Of a stretch of 64,000 nucleotides of DNA, positions 49,701 through 61,800 are shown one piece after another. Origin of the DNA: Oikopleura dioica (Eukaryota; Animalia; Chordata); NCBI GenBank assembly GCA_907165135.1, contig OU015566.1, positions 13,950,001 through 14,014,000 of the forward strand, in the 5' to 3' direction. How positions within the stretch are numbered: position 1 is the stretch's first letter; each line of letters opens with the position of its first letter. Under the pieces are notes generated by a model. The model was not told where the DNA came from. It did no database searches and saw only the letters and a program-made list of their open reading frames with translations. Both the position numbers and the translations under genes were made by a program.

Positions 49701-52700
49701 GTGTATTCAAAGTCGGCAGTATCGATGAGTTCATCGGGGTGCAGAATTACGTGAGTCATGAAGTGCAGATGCGCAGTGAATCATGAGCAGCAGCGTAGTC
49801 GGCGGAAATGGGGGCGATCAGCGATTCAAATGGATTTCCTCGCGTTTGAAACCCAGCGGACTTGTGGAAATAACTGGTCGGGTTCTTGAGCAATCGTTGA
49901 GCTGCCGAAGATCAACGGCGGCAGAAGAAGAAGCTTTTCTACCTATGGAGTGCGCTGAAGTTGATTCCAAGTCGAATAGCTTCGAGCGGCGCGATTCCGC
50001 GTCTTTTTCAAGCTCCAGCTGTTTCGGGCGACGTTGATGCAAGTGATGAGGAGGTGGTATGCGGTCATGTGGGTATTATACCCACGTTCACTGTTCAACT
50101 CTGACGTTGGTATTTAAACCCTCGCTCACTCTTTTTTCCGAACATGGGTATTCGATACCCACGTTCGCTCTTACTGGCGAACGTGGGTTTTTTTCAGGCT
50201 TTTTGAAAACAGTTCCGTTCTAGAGTCTCATCTGTTTTGATAAAGGCGGGAAAGAAATCGATCGAAAAGGTTCATTTTATAGCTCTGATTTGAAATATTT
50301 TGGAAAATCCTTCAAGACAGGCGCGTAGCGCATACCGTCTCCAGCTTCGGCCGCAGAACCAAGCCGTCTTACACCCTTTACGCTGGACTTTTATTTTCGA
50401 GGTGAAACGTGGATGTGATCAGAGTTGGAAATGTAGTAACAGGTTGCTACTACATACTACCATTACTACCACCAGAACACAGCGCTCAATAATACCTCTA
50501 CTACATACTACCTCTACTACCTCGATTTTCAAAAACGGCTACTACATACTACCATTACTACAAAAAAATGTAGTATGTAGTACCGATCAGATCTGGTAAA
50601 CTAGGCGGTGAGGATGACGTGGCCTCCGATTTAACCAATGAGAGCCAGCCCTTGCTCTCTCGGTCTGAGAGGGCTTCAGACCCAGATTTGCAGCCGCCTT
50701 AACTACCAAATCTGATCGGTATGTAGTAAGGAGTTTACTACCATCATGTGATACCGTAGAGGAGTTCAACAACGGCACTAACAAGTTAAAGTTGACCCAG
50801 CGAGGCGGGCTAGAAGATGACGAATCGAGCAGTACGTCTCGGGAAGTTTGAGTCGACCAGTGCGAGGCAGTGGCAGAAAGGGCGCTTCCGTTGGCGTCGT
50901 TGGTGTCGAAACAAGTTAGTTTAGGTCATGAGTTGAGCGGCAGAATTTCGGTAGTGCTTAACTTGGCGGCAGAATCGATAAAGTCGAAACGAGTACCTGC
51001 GTTGACTCCGAGTAATAAACTGATCAAGTTTATTTACTCCTTCAGGGGCATTGTGAGAAGCAAATTAAGGCAGTTCCGAGGTAAGAATCACCGTTCGTGG
51101 TGGAGCAAGTATCAGCAGAAATGCAGCGGTTCAAAGGTCTCCAGAAGTCTCCAAGATCGCGTTGTAGCCGAGTGAAACCAGGCGATCGAAAGCGTGTTAC
51201 TTATCGTGAAGTATTCCAGTGTCCGGCAAAAGCAATGAGCACATCTGTTGTCACCAGTTGATATGTCCGAAGTGCCTTCTTAGTTCACGAGGTCTTGCTC
51301 TACTCTCTAGTCTATTTGTAGCCTCTAGATAACACGGAAAAGGGTAGTTTAGGTGTTGAATCCAAGTTAGGTGAACACTGACTTTACACTTGATTGTGTA
51401 TAAATTGCACAGACTGAACGCAGTTAAAAAGTAGCGGACGCCTACAGATCTCTCTCAGATCTTACGGCTTCCTGCTGACCTAATATTATTAGAAATTTTT
51501 GACCAATAAAAGCTCCCCAAGCGGCCGTCTAGACAAGTGTTACTATTACGCGCCTGATTATAACCTTAACAGATTCGAGGAAGCCCAAGGTGAGAATCAG
51601 CTGTTAAATTTTCCTTGTTCCTTGACACTTAAGGCTACATCGCGAGCAACCACGTCAACGCTCGAACATCTTCAATCAGCTTCGGCGGCACATTTATTTT
51701 GATGAGCTTGAGACTCGGCACAAACTGGATCACCATCTCGAAAACAGTCGCTCTTAACTCAATCCGAGCAACAGAGCAGTTGGAGAAGGGCTGGAGAAAA
51801 GACGAAATCACTGTTCCAGCTATGTTTCGCGACTTTGATCCAGTGCACGTGATTCCTCTGGAACGGATTCAAAAGATATTTTCTACTTGCCCTTTCGGTT
51901 TTTTCTGTGAATCCTAAAAGATCGACCTCGGTCAGTTGATGCTCATTCTCGTCACTAGAAGCATTGCCCTCTCCAACACGCAATACTCACTTTTACTCGA
52001 AAAAGAGGGAAAATTCCTGACGCTCGGCAATGAATGGATCGGCTCCTTGGTCAAGTACGAGCGAGAATCGCGTTGTTTCTCTGGTTTGTACGCTCCGAAA
52101 GATTACGCTTATTCAAATGCCTTCGGAACCAACAACGACGAGTGTGAGTATTTCATCAATGGCTTCATAAACAACGATCGTATTTATCTCCAGAATATTG
52201 TTTTTGATACAACTTTTGAAATTTTTTTCGACTTCGGAGAGGATCTTAATTTTTAAAGTATCGTCGTTATTTAACTTTGATTATCTTATGCTCTAATACC
52301 ATAAGTTGTTGCCCGTAAGTCTCTAGATATAAGTTCATCCTCTAAAAAGATCACATCGAGCTCGATTTCCGACAACAAAGTGCTGAAAACAAAATGCTTG
52401 TGACTAGCAACCCGTATTTCGAATTCCACTTAGATGTCTTTCCGTACTTTGCGAAAAACGCTGTCAAAACACAAACTGGTTTTCCGCAATCAGGCGAGGC
52501 TCTTGAGCAAACAAGCATAATCTTTTAGTAGCAAGTCGTTACCAACAGGCTTTTAGTAACAGCGGTAAACGGAGCCCGAAAAGCAAGCAGTTTGTCTCCA
52601 CCGTATCCACTGGCGATTCTGCCCGATTTCCCTTTTTCGTCTTTCAATGAGTCACTATTCCATATTTCTTCTTTCGAGCTGGACTTTAACGAAACGCGAA

Positions 52701-52732
52701 AACTCACTCTGGATATAAAGGAAAGAGTCTAA
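46746..52732 (+). CDS. Probable type II membrane protein: Cys-rich + Ser/Thr mucin-like + degenerate kelch-like region, interrupted by a direct-repeat element
   Basis: TM segment LTLGTIFWVTVMLI; Cys domain ending CPFQKYCSKGCPCPHYEC; ST-rich stretch; FLNGEHYLID, KCYYY and FGG motifs. The splice model is incomplete and intactness is unknown. Confidence 0.6.
50061..50200. mobile_element. Left part of a GGTCATGTGGGTAT-TIR MITE (complete copy at 61663-62470)
   Basis: GCGGTCATGTGGGTATTATACCCACGTTC; repeated GTGGGTAT-N-ATACCCAC palindromes. Confidence 0.7.
50420..50735. repeat. TACTAC/GTAGTA-rich tract with a foldback core (about 50582-50720)
   Basis: CTACTACATACTAC repeats; inverted CCGATCAGAT..GGTA arms; absent from copy 2. 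Confidence 0.6.
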
Positions 52733-52918
52733 ATTTTAACGCTGATATCAGAATTTCTAATCGAAAATATTCTCGACTCTCAGAAGACCAAATCGTTTCT
52801 CACAAAAGCTTCGAAAATTCTGGAATTTCGATCTTATAATGAAAAATCTATCATCGCAATTAAAACTTACGAAAACAGCTCGATAGCGATTTTTTCCGAT
52901 TTTTTCGATGAATCGATC

Positions 52919-54290
52919 ATGTTAGACGATCAGTTAAGCACGAATTGGACATCTCTTGAATTCGTTTTCAAAGTCGAAGACGACTCACTATTTTTCCTTG
53001 CTGTGAGGAAAAGAGGCGAGGAAATAGCAACAAGGCAAATGAACGAGCTTCAAACTATGGGAGAAAAGAGAATCAGAGTTTTCAAATTCGACGACGAAAC
53101 CGAAATCAAAAATGTTTTTTTCTATCAAAATCGACCGAGTCAGATTCTTGTTATCTTATCTGAACCAACGGAATCACCAAACCATTATGCTCTGTTTGGA
53201 GACGGCTTTAAAAACGAAAATGCAAGCATGATTGTTCCAACGATTCTTCAGAACAAAATCTATTTCTCTAAAGCTGCTCTTGTGAAAGGCCAGTTGCATC
53301 TTTTCGGCGGCGCTCAGAGGAGTAAACTAGTAGACTGCTCTTTGAAACTCCTTCTTGACTATTTTTTAGATAATTATTCTTGTCGAATGCGAATTTAGGC
53401 TTCTCCCGATTCGGCTTCGGAATAAATATTATGGTGGAAGCAGTGCGCTTACAATTTCAAACGGAACTGAAGGTTCGTCGCAAGAATATATTATTATTTT
53501 TCACACTTTTCAGCTCTTGTTTGTTTTGATGGTGTAACAGACAAGAAGTGCGAGATTTTTAACGGCACTGCTGTTGAAAAACTCGCATTCGAAGTAAGAG
53601 AGGGGCACTGGGCAGGTGGACTTGCTCATTTTAAAGGACGGCCAACAGCAGTCGGCGGTCAAAATTATCCTGAATCGAACCAAGGATATACGGAAACCCT
53701 GACTAAAAATGGCTGGGAAAAACTGCGTCCTCATCCAAGGTTATTTTATTTTGCAAATTTTTTATTCAGCATGATTTAAGATGGATACAGGGTTTTTCTG
53801 TTGTTGGATTGCCGTCGGGATCAATTGCTACGTTGGGAGGTTGGGATATGGAGAAATTAGAAAATTTCATGAAGATTTTCGTTTTGAATGAATTTGAAAA
53901 ATGGACAATAATTGGAAATTTGCTTCAAGTAAGTTCATTTCGGGGTATTTTGAAAATTTGATAATATTTATTATTTTAAAAAATCTATATTTTTCAGCCT
54001 TGTTTCGCTGGATCGGCAATTCAAGTCCGCGACGCTATATATTCATTCCCTGGAGAGAGCGACGAATCGACTCGAATGATCCAACGCGTAAATCTAGGTA
54101 AGTTTGACCAGTTTGTGAAAAAACTTCTTTCGGAAAGCTTTCGATAATTTGAAGAGAAAAGTGATCAGTTGATGTTAAAGACGGAGACAATATTGTTGCA
54201 GTCGAGTTTGTTGGAGAACATGATAAATATTATTACTCCCCGATTCTGTTCATGTCGCCTTCGAATTTCTGCACCGCCAAAGATGATTAA
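52919..54290 (+). CDS. Kelch-like propeller gene of the same superfamily as K
   Basis: GQLHLFGG, ALVCFDGVTDKKCEIFNG, GRPTAVGG, NGWEKL, IATLGGW; terminal ..NFCTAKDD*. Confidence 0.7.
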
Positions 54291-54694
54291 CGTCCTAATC
54301 AATAAAATTTTTTACAAAATGATTTTCAAACTATTTGTTCAATTAAAAATTTTTCCAAATAATCACTGAATAATATAAAATTTGTTAATAAAATCAACGA
54401 ATCACTAGGTCAAAACTCAAAAACTACAAATTATTTTACATGTTATTTATTTAAGAGACTCTTTATACTGTATTAAAGATCTTACACACTACAGTTTTCC
54501 GCAGGTGAGCAAATTTTCGACGACTCTGGATTTGAACCGACTCAGAAATGACGAGGAACTAGAAAAACGCCGGAAAAAGGAGCAAAACTCTGCGCAGAAC
54601 CATCAATTATCGACTGTCCGATGAGTCGTCTCCTTTTACTGATTTTTTTTATATGATATTAAGCTGACCAAGAATTTCAATTGAAATAGGCTGC

Positions 54695-54792
54695 TCCTGG
54701 ATCGCCCGAAATCCTGGATCGCCCGAATCCTGAATCGCCCGTTTTCCTTGATCGCCCAAATCGGGCGATTCAGGATTCCGGGCGATCCAGGA
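54695..54792. repeat. Foldback of TCCTGGATCGCCCG units
   Basis: Four direct units followed by two inverted units. Confidence 0.7.
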
Positions 54793-55816
54793 TTTTGATT
54801 TTGAAATTGAAATTTGATGATGAACGCGACGTTTATTGGAACACTCTGAAGTTCAGAGTCTGAACGTAAGGCCAGGACACAGGAGGTGACAAGCCGAGAG
54901 TCAATAGATGCAAGGGACCACACCGCCGGTGCGGACTCCTGTAAAGAGAACTAATGAACACAAGTTTGAGCAAGACTCGGTGTGAGCCTTGACTTTAACG
55001 CAAGGTGAGTTAACATAATCATTTAGTCTCTAAAATTTATGATACGTTATAACGTAATCATTTACATATAATTTTTGATAAGAATTTGAAATTCGTTCAG
55101 AACTGAAATCAGCTGCATTTTCAAAGAGGCAATGAATAAAGATGAAGTCAAAGTCAGCTCTTCTTTTTGAATAATTCAGCGACGATTTTACGGCTCGTCT
55201 GGGTCTCAAAAAGATTCATCATTTTTAATAAAAGTAATTCGATAATAACAAATTGCAGCAGCTCTATTTTAACTAGCTCATCTTTTCTCTCTTTCCATTT
55301 TTCTGAGAACGATAGGCAAAAGGTTAAGTTTTCCTGAAATGGAGCGGCAACGATAAGTCGAAATAAGCGGTTATTTCGTTAAATCACGATTTTAGCTATT
55401 ATAAATGGATGATTTTTTTTTTGGCGAGATTCTGCCCGAAGCAGGTTCTATCTTTTGGTGAAAACAACGAAGGGGAAAATCATATTTTTGAGATGAAGGA
55501 GAGCCGGAGTAAATTTTGAGCAGAAGAAACTCGACAAACTAGCAAAAGAATAAATTGTACGGTCAACTTGTGGAAGCCAGCCGCTTACAAAAAGAATCAG
55601 CATATGATTTTTAACAACTGTACATTTTGAAAAATAGAAATTAAGAAAATAAAAACTCAACTTATTCCAAGGCAAAGAAAAGGCTCTGACATTAAAAAAA
55701 GAGCACGAACGGAGAGTAAACTGTCCAGCTGTCAGACAAGCAATGTCCGAAGTCCTCATAAACGAGCTTGTTTTAACTTTTTTCGCAAAACAGCTTTTTC
55801 TCAGAGATCACTCGTT

Positions 55817-58800
55817 ATGGTTATCGAAGAAGAAAATGCAGGAATTGAAAATGCGATTTTCAAAACTAAAATCAGGGTAATTTTTATCTTTATTTGCGAT
55901 CATCTGACAGGGATGATACTGTTTAGTTACAAAGTTTAATGGGCATTACAGTCAGCTCAATCATCTTACTAAAAATAAATTTTGAAATTAGTGCCTCGAC
56001 TGTGACTGCATCGGGACCCTGAGAAAAAAGGGCAAGACGGTTTATCTTTTTCCGGAAGAAATTCTGACAACCCGAAGCATTCGCACTCAAGAAAACGATA
56101 TCAAGAAGAGGGAGAAAACATGGAAAAAAAAGGTCACTGCGAAAATGAGCTTGGCGAAACACGGGAACGCCACCGATCCGCAGCAGTTCAGCTATTTGAC
56201 TCTTGGCACCATTTTCTGGGTCACTGTTATGCTCATAGGTAACCTCTCGAGTAATTTAAACATCTATTTTTGCAAGCAAACTTCGCCTCTTTGGAAAAAT
56301 CCCGCGGCGTAACGACTTTTCTGACCTCGAGCTGTCACCGAAACTACAAGAAATGCGTTAGAATCTCGACAATGGACTTTTGCGGTCATCTAATGAAGCA
56401 ATGCCGTGACACCAAGGAGTTTATCCTTCCCGAGCCGGTTTCGAAGGTCGAGCCTGTCAAAGCGGCGCCGCTTGTTTTTTCACAGGAAGAAAACGAGGTG
56501 AATCTCCGCCGCTGCCAGAAAAAACGGTTTTACGACCAGAGAGTCTGCCGCCATCTCTGCTCGAACACGCTGGTTTTGAAATCAACGAGGACCAACCCAA
56601 TCACGCCCTGCGAGTCAATCTGTTTTGGGCTGACTAGAAGTTTCGATTCCGCCGGAGAAGTTTGCCCATTTCAGAAGTACTGTTCCAATGGTTGTCCGTG
56701 TCCTCATTACGAGTGCGAGAAGTTGGAGTCGCCTCAAAAATTTGTTCCAGTTTTTGATCTCCGAAAATCTGAAAAAAGTTTAAACTTGTCAGCGCCTTTC
56801 TTTAACATGTCATCTACAACCCAGTTGACATCAACTGAGTCAACTTCGACGACGTGGTCAACAATGTGCTCTTCAACCAAGTCAACAACTTCGGCGACAA
56901 CATCTTCAATAACATCTTCAACTCCGTCAACGTTGTCTTGGATCAACTCAACTACCCAATCAAATGGAAGCGGCGCAGAGCTGATAGAAAGTGAACATGA
57001 AGAAGCAAATTTTACGATTCTTTTGGCCGATTTCAACGGACAAAATCAACCAAGGGGGACAAATGCCTCAGATTTTTTGTATTCTTATGAACGGTTTTGA
57101 TGAATCTAAAAGAATGTCATCGAAGCTAAATTGTGTTAACATTCAAAAGTCTCCCGGTAAAAATCATTTAAACCAAAAAAGTCGACCGGCACTACTTTTC
57201 TCAACGGTGAGCATTACTTGGTCGATGCCTCTGGAAACTTGATGAGAATGAAAGAAAATGGCGATGCCCCGATTTTAGTTCCGAATCGACGCAAAGATTT
57301 GTACGCATATCATTCATATATTCTTTAAAGATCAAAGTTTGGATCGCGACAAGAGCCAAGGCTTTTGTTTGGCATAAAATTGTGTCGCCAAGGCGATAAT
57401 TATTTTTCGTTTTAAAGAGGCGGCTTCGTTTTCCACTTTGGATCGTCGATTGGAACTCACCACATTGAGATTCGCCTGAAAGACAGAGATCGAAAGATCT
57501 TCCCCGTCGTTGTTATTTGAAAACGGTCGAAAATCAGATGAATACTAAAAAGATTATTTGATAGGTCAAGAATGCCTCCACTCTATTGTGGTCCTGCTCT
57601 ACTCTCTTATCTAACTGTAGCCTCTAGATAACACGGAAATGGGTAGTTTAGGTGTGTTTTTCCAGTTAGGTGAACACTGACTTTACACTTGATTTTGTAT
57701 GAGTTGCACAGACTGAACGCAGTGGAAAAGCGGCGGGCGACTCAAGATCTCAATCAGATCTAACGGCTTCTTGCTGACCTAACAGCTGCTCAGTCTACGA
57801 AGTCTTCGGACGATTGAAGACTCTAGAATTGAAGAGAGAAGTGTAGAGATGATCCAGCGGAAGATGTCCAACAGGAGAAGAGATGAAAGCAGTGCTGAGT
57901 CAAGCGTTACAATTTGTGATTGGCGTTGAGAAGATCGAACCAAGCGAGTAGAAAATATGCGGTCAATTGGCCAAACAAGAAATCTTGGTTGGGCGCGTTA
58001 CTTTGATTGGCGCGTTAGCGACTTGGTTTGAGCATAGTTCCAGTTGGCTTATCAGAACCTGTTGCCAATCAAAGGCGCAACTTTGACGGAGGTTTTGAAT
58101 ATCATCCAGCTCCCCAAATTTTCGGCAAGGCATGAAGTTCGAAGAAGGTTCTAGATGAAGCAGACGGGCGGTTTCGCATCGCGTCCAGGTGAGCATTCCC
58201 AAATACATATTTCTTCTCCAATGAGCATTCGAAGTCCTAGAAATGTCGAAATTGACGAGAAGAGTACAGTTTACTTGGGATGATCGTAGCAATTGAATTC
58301 TCGCTACTTTTGGACCAGTGCGCGTCCAAAAATTTTGGAGAGCTGAAGCTCTTTTGAGCCAGAGGCGCTTGGGCGTAGCTGAAAACGACGTCAGAAGCAG
58401 CATGAAATTTCAGATGAATTTCAGATGAAATCGACGCGTCAGCACTTACATCAGCTGGCTTTAGCTCGGGTTCATGTGTTGAAGTGAACGGCGTGTCTGT
58501 TATGTGATTTTTTATCAAGGAAAGTGCGTGTGAATCGCGACCAAAAGTTGGAGTGTGGTGTCTGTTTGAGCATCAAGAAGCAGTATTTTCTCCAAAATGC
58601 TCCTGGCCAAAGATATCTTCGCGGAAACAGCAACAATTAAATCTGCTTCTTAGCAGTTGTAGATTTCCAGACATTCATCGTGGTTGAGACAAGCCCCACT
58701 TAAAGACTCATTAGCGCTTGCATTTATAGTGCGAAGCATAGTTGGAAAAAACACCCGAAACTCGCGTGCGCGTGCGTGCTCGTACGCTTTAAAAAATAGG

Positions 58801-61800
58801 AGTGCGCGTGCGTGCGTGCACGGACGTGCAAACACGCGTGCGTATTTTTCAAGGTATATTTTCGAGTTTTTTTGGCGAAAATTGAGGTTTTTCCAAGTAA
58901 TTTTCTTATGAATAATGTTTTATAAACACTTTATACCTATAAACGCTTATCAAGGGCTTTTCAAAAACACCAAAAAACTATTTTTCTTCGTTGAGATATT
59001 CGCAAAAATTTCGAGGAAGGAGAAAAAACTCCAAATTTCGAAGAAAAACCCTTTTTTCCTATTCGCACGCGTGCGCACATGCGCGCTCTTTTAAGGGCAA
59101 CCGGGAGAAAAATTCTGTGCACAGAACTATTCTGTGAAAAACAGAATTATTCTCACGATAAGACCTCCCCTTTTCGGGAAAATAATTCTGTGAAAAAAAT
59201 TTTTTTGGCTAAAACAACTATTAAACTGCGAATGAAGAAGTAGTTTGCTGCTAAAAATGAGTCCCAGCGGAAGAAAATGCGCGCAAGGGCCGTAGGCCCG
59301 TAGCGTGCTTCATAGCCTCTTCGGTTCAGCTTCTATTAACAAACTACAGTCTGAAGCACTTTTAAGGCCGACCCTTTTAAGGCCAGTTTTTCGGAAAACC
59401 CCCAAAATCTGTCATCCCAGAAAAATCCATTTTAAGGCCATTTTTTTCAATTGTTATTCAAAATCCGAAAATTTCTCTTAAAAAAGCTAGTTATATTCGA
59501 CTGCGTCTCCGGCCATTTTGAAGTCAATGGCTTCTCAGCGTTGGCATTGTCTGTCCCTTGAACTTGAGGCACTTTTATACTCTCTATCAATGTTGCAGGA
59601 CGTGTTTCATCAATTTGAAACGCTAGGAAATGCTCGACCAATTTTTCCTCTTGTTTCTCCAGAAAACTTTCTCGAGATCTTCAAACTGCTCGATTTTTTT
59701 CTTCAAAATCATCCTCTTGAAGTAGTCCTGTGTTGAGCCATGATCGCTTGAAGATTGCAGGGTTCATGTTAATGAGGATTTCGTTCCCCTGATCCACGAG
59801 ATCTTCTTCCTTGATGTTCGAGTGATCATGTTCGACGACGAAATCTTTAATGTAAACGCGGATCTTTTTCTAAAGGCCACAGAATGCGACGTCATCAAGA
59901 GGTTGATGAAAGCCTTATTAATTTTTAATAACTTTTTGTCCAAAAAAGGTAAAAATTTGTTGTCATCCGACTCGGGACAAAAAATATCCATTTTAAGGCC
60001 ACTTTTGAAATTCGCTGTCATCCGAAAATCGGCCTTAAAAGTGCTTCACACTCAGTGTGACACACTGTACCATTAATATAGATTGTTTTTGCTGCAAGAT
60101 TCGAAGACCAACTGAAGTCAATCCTTTTCTACTCTTAGACATGAGTTCCAAAGTATTACCGCGATTTCATTCGGACTGACTGCAAGCGAGTGAGGGCGCT
60201 CGGGCGCAAGGCCAAGGGGAAATTTCGCTTTCGGACTTTTCGAACTCTCGCTCTGGGCGAAAAGTGGCTCCGGCGTCAGGCGTTAATCCCTTCAAAGGGA
60301 TCTCGCGCTTCCATTTTAAAGCTAAATAATAACCCAAATATCTGTTTCGTGAGAAATAAATTTAAATTTAAAAAAATTTGCGGAATCAGCCTGTTTATTT
60401 AATAAGGAATATTTTAATACCAATCATCGTTGTTTTTTGGTAATTGGAAATAACTTATTTCTGACAAACGATATGAATAGAAAATTGTTTTGAACGCGGA
60501 GCGGCGCGCGACTGGACTTACTACCATGGAGTTGAGCTCTTTAGGGAGATAGGAGAATCTGTGCGTTAGAAAAAGCGGCTTTGATTTTCTAACTTGGTCT
60601 TTGAGCGCGCGCAATTCAGCGCCTAACTCTTGCCTGCTCTTTCATTGGCCAACCGCCTCAAAATCTCGAAATTCATTTCTTCATAATTCCCAGATTCTTC
60701 TGAAGCGCCCAACACGAGCGAAGGAAATATTCTAGACTTCCCTGAGAGACTCGGCGAGAGTGATCTGAGCGGGAAACTGGGAAGGGGGCCGGGGGCTTTC
60801 TCCCAAAAGAGCTCAACCCTATGGTAGAGCCACCTCAGTTCGATCCATATTTGTTTATCAAGCCGAAATCAGCCATTCCCAGAAATAATCATGCTAAAAT
60901 TGGACATTTCCTCAGATTCGCGACGGGAGATCATGCCCCAGTTTTACTTCCGAAGATCGGTATCATGTTCTTGGTATCACAAGAATGCTTGAATCACACT
61001 GAGGAAGATGATAATTTCCTTAATTTCAAAAAAATTGATCTCCGTAAAAGTTATCTTTTAATAAAATGAAAATAGGTAAGGGGGGATTAGCGTTTTCGCG
61101 GGATGAAAAGGCTCGATACCAGCGTTGGTCGCGTGAGAACTCGCCCGGCGCCGACGCCGTCGATTTTCTTAGGCGCACGTGTTTTTTCAACTATGGTGCG
61201 AAGTGTCAGCCGATTCAACCTCGCGCCAATCTCGGCGGGAGAGAAAAAGGAGAGTTAGCGGGAGACGATAGAGTCGAGAAGGTCCGATTGAAGTCGACAA
61301 GTGTGTTCGAAGTCGGCAGTATCGATGAGTTCATCGGGGTGCAGAAGAACGTGAGTCATGAAGTGCAGATGCGCAGTGAATCATGAGCAGCAGCGTAGTC
61401 GGCGGAAATGGGGGCGATTAGCAATTCAAACGGATTTCTTCGCGTTTGAAACCCAGCAGACATGTGCAAATTACTGGTCGGGTTCTTGAGCAATCCTTGA
61501 GCTGGCGAAGATCAGCGGCGGCAGGGAAAGAAGCTTTTCTACCTGTGGAGTGCGCTGAAGTTGATTCCTAGTCAAATAGCTTCGAGCGGCGCGATTCCGC
61601 GTCTTTTTAAAGCTCCAGCTGTTTCGGGTGACGTTGATGCAAGTGATGAGGAGGTGGTATTTGGTCATACAGTTAATTATGGAATTTCTGGACATTTTTT
61701 GTCCCCCATTTTTCCCGAAAATGTCCAGAAATTTGATACAGAGCTTTGAGAAAAATGTCCCAAGAAATTGCTTAAAAATTTTTCGAGAAGGAAAAATTAA

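Larger units (their letters stand above)
48536..51483 (-). mobile_element. Decayed element with 193-bp terminal direct repeats (Penelope-like candidate), copy 1
   Basis: Direct repeats at 48536-48728 and 51291-51483. The minus strand carries a long stop/frameshift-riddled ORF with LGINFS, KPAD and HALPKI motifs in order; no RT catalytic core is seen. Confidence 0.55.
46051..51877. repeat. Segmental duplication, copy 1 (copy 2 is about 55122-64000 and runs off the window)
   Basis: Collinear near-identity, e.g. ORFs 47231-48046 vs 56270-57100 and 51499-51702 vs 63595-63825. Confidence 0.95.

Noticed and set aside
50870-51175. Plus-strand ORF (also 62677-62898) as a gene
   Set aside because: It is most likely the antisense shadow of the decayed minus-strand element ORF; both copies share it only through the recent duplication.
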